DNA of 64,000 bases from Malacoraja senta (lineage: Eukaryota). This document shows, piece after piece, positions 63,069 through 64,000 of the stretch (position 1 is its first letter; each line of letters opens with the position of its first letter). Under the pieces are notes generated by a model. It did not search any database. It worked only from the letters and a program-made list of their open reading frames with translations, and was not told where the DNA came from. Position numbers and translations under genes: made by a program. Where the stretch lies: contig CM075991.1 of the NCBI GenBank assembly GCA_038087875.1, forward strand, positions 3,720,001 to 3,784,000, in the 5' to 3' direction.

Positions 63069-63870
63069 GAGATGTTACATTAAATTCCTTCGTCTAAATC
63101 GTTAATACATATTGTAAAAAAATATATGGAGAACCAGAGGTCCAAGGTCAAGGGAGGAAAAGTTAATAGGAAACCGAGGGGTAACTTTTTCCATATAACG
63201 GGCCATGGGTGTATGGAACAAGCTGCCAGAGGAGGTAGCTGAGGTAGGGTCTATAGAAATATTTAGAAAACAATTAAACAGGTACATAGATATGGGGCAA
63301 ACACAGGCCGTTGGGACGAATGTAGATGTGACATTTTGATCGGTGGGGGCAAGTTGGGCCGAAAAGCCTGTTTTCACGCTGCATGACTGTATGATCATGA
63401 TCATGGGGACACTTCTTCAGACTGATTGGGGGGGGGGCAAAGAAAACTGGAAGTGGGAGGGGCAGAACAAAGCATAGCATGTAGCAGCAGTCATTACAGA
63501 TGGAGAGCATTGAGAGGTGTTCGCACAATACCATTACAGACATTTGGATGGGTCCAATGGTAGGAAAGGTTTAGACGGATATGGGTTAAACACTTGCTTG
63601 TGGAACTAGCATATATAAGGGATTTTTGGTGACATGTTCAGTTTCGGTGCTTTATGACATTAAGGATAATATGCTGTTTGCGGAGACCAGTGAAGTGAAA
63701 GGTTGGACCTGCGGAACTCCGCCTCTTTTCTGAATATATAGGACACAGGCAGCATAAACCGAGATTGGAACAAAGATTCTCGCGAGCGGAGAAGGAAGTC
63801 TGTAGGCGGTGCCAGCGACACCTATGCTGTCCGCGCAGACACTGGGGAGAGGCGGTCGGGTTAGGTGATC

Positions 63871-63873
63871 ATG
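63871..63873 (+). CDS. MSMB-like copy F exon 1 (ATG); the rest is expected beyond the window
   Basis: gtgatcATG|gtatgt; 63680-64000 is the reverse complement of the promoter/exon 1/intron 1 of copies A and B. Confidence 0.7.
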
Positions 63874-64000
63874 GTATGTACGGGTCAGCTTTGTGCATCT
63901 GACTGATGCTTAGTCCTCAATAATCAACACAGCGCAGCTTTGAGTCGCTGCACAGTCGCCTGCCGAGGTGGCCGTGACAGGGACATGTTGCAGTGTTATT

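Overview
Vertebrate genomic DNA, most likely from a cartilaginous fish (skate/ray-like). That assignment is inferred from the repeat families and has not been checked. There is no prokaryotic content. The left half (~4.5-34.6 kb, + strand) holds a multi-exon group-B scavenger-receptor cysteine-rich (SRCR) membrane receptor of the WC1/CD163/SCART type. It has 7 SRCR exons, short linker exons, a TM exon and cytoplasmic exons carrying a YEEI motif. All predicted introns are phase 1 and one has a GC donor; the signal-peptide exon was not securely found. The right half (~42.5-64 kb) holds a rearranged cluster of beta-microseminoprotein (MSMB/PSP94)-like genes that the ORF track misses: one complete 4-exon gene (111 aa, 10 mature Cys), a 5'-half copy, an orphan exon 3, two promoter/exon-1 relics and a sixth copy starting on the + strand at the window edge. 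Mobile DNA includes a degenerate but structurally complete DIRS tyrosine-recombinase retrotransposon, a 5'-inverted L1, two Rex1-type LINEs, many CR1 fragments, Penelope-like fragments with hammerhead-ribozyme motifs, THAP-carrying MITEs, a foldback element at a rearrangement breakpoint, a CORE-SINE and Helitron-like elements. A ~1-kb segment is duplicated on both sides of the SRCR gene and contains an unannotated TATA + hairpin + oligo-T cassette resembling a small Pol III RNA gene.
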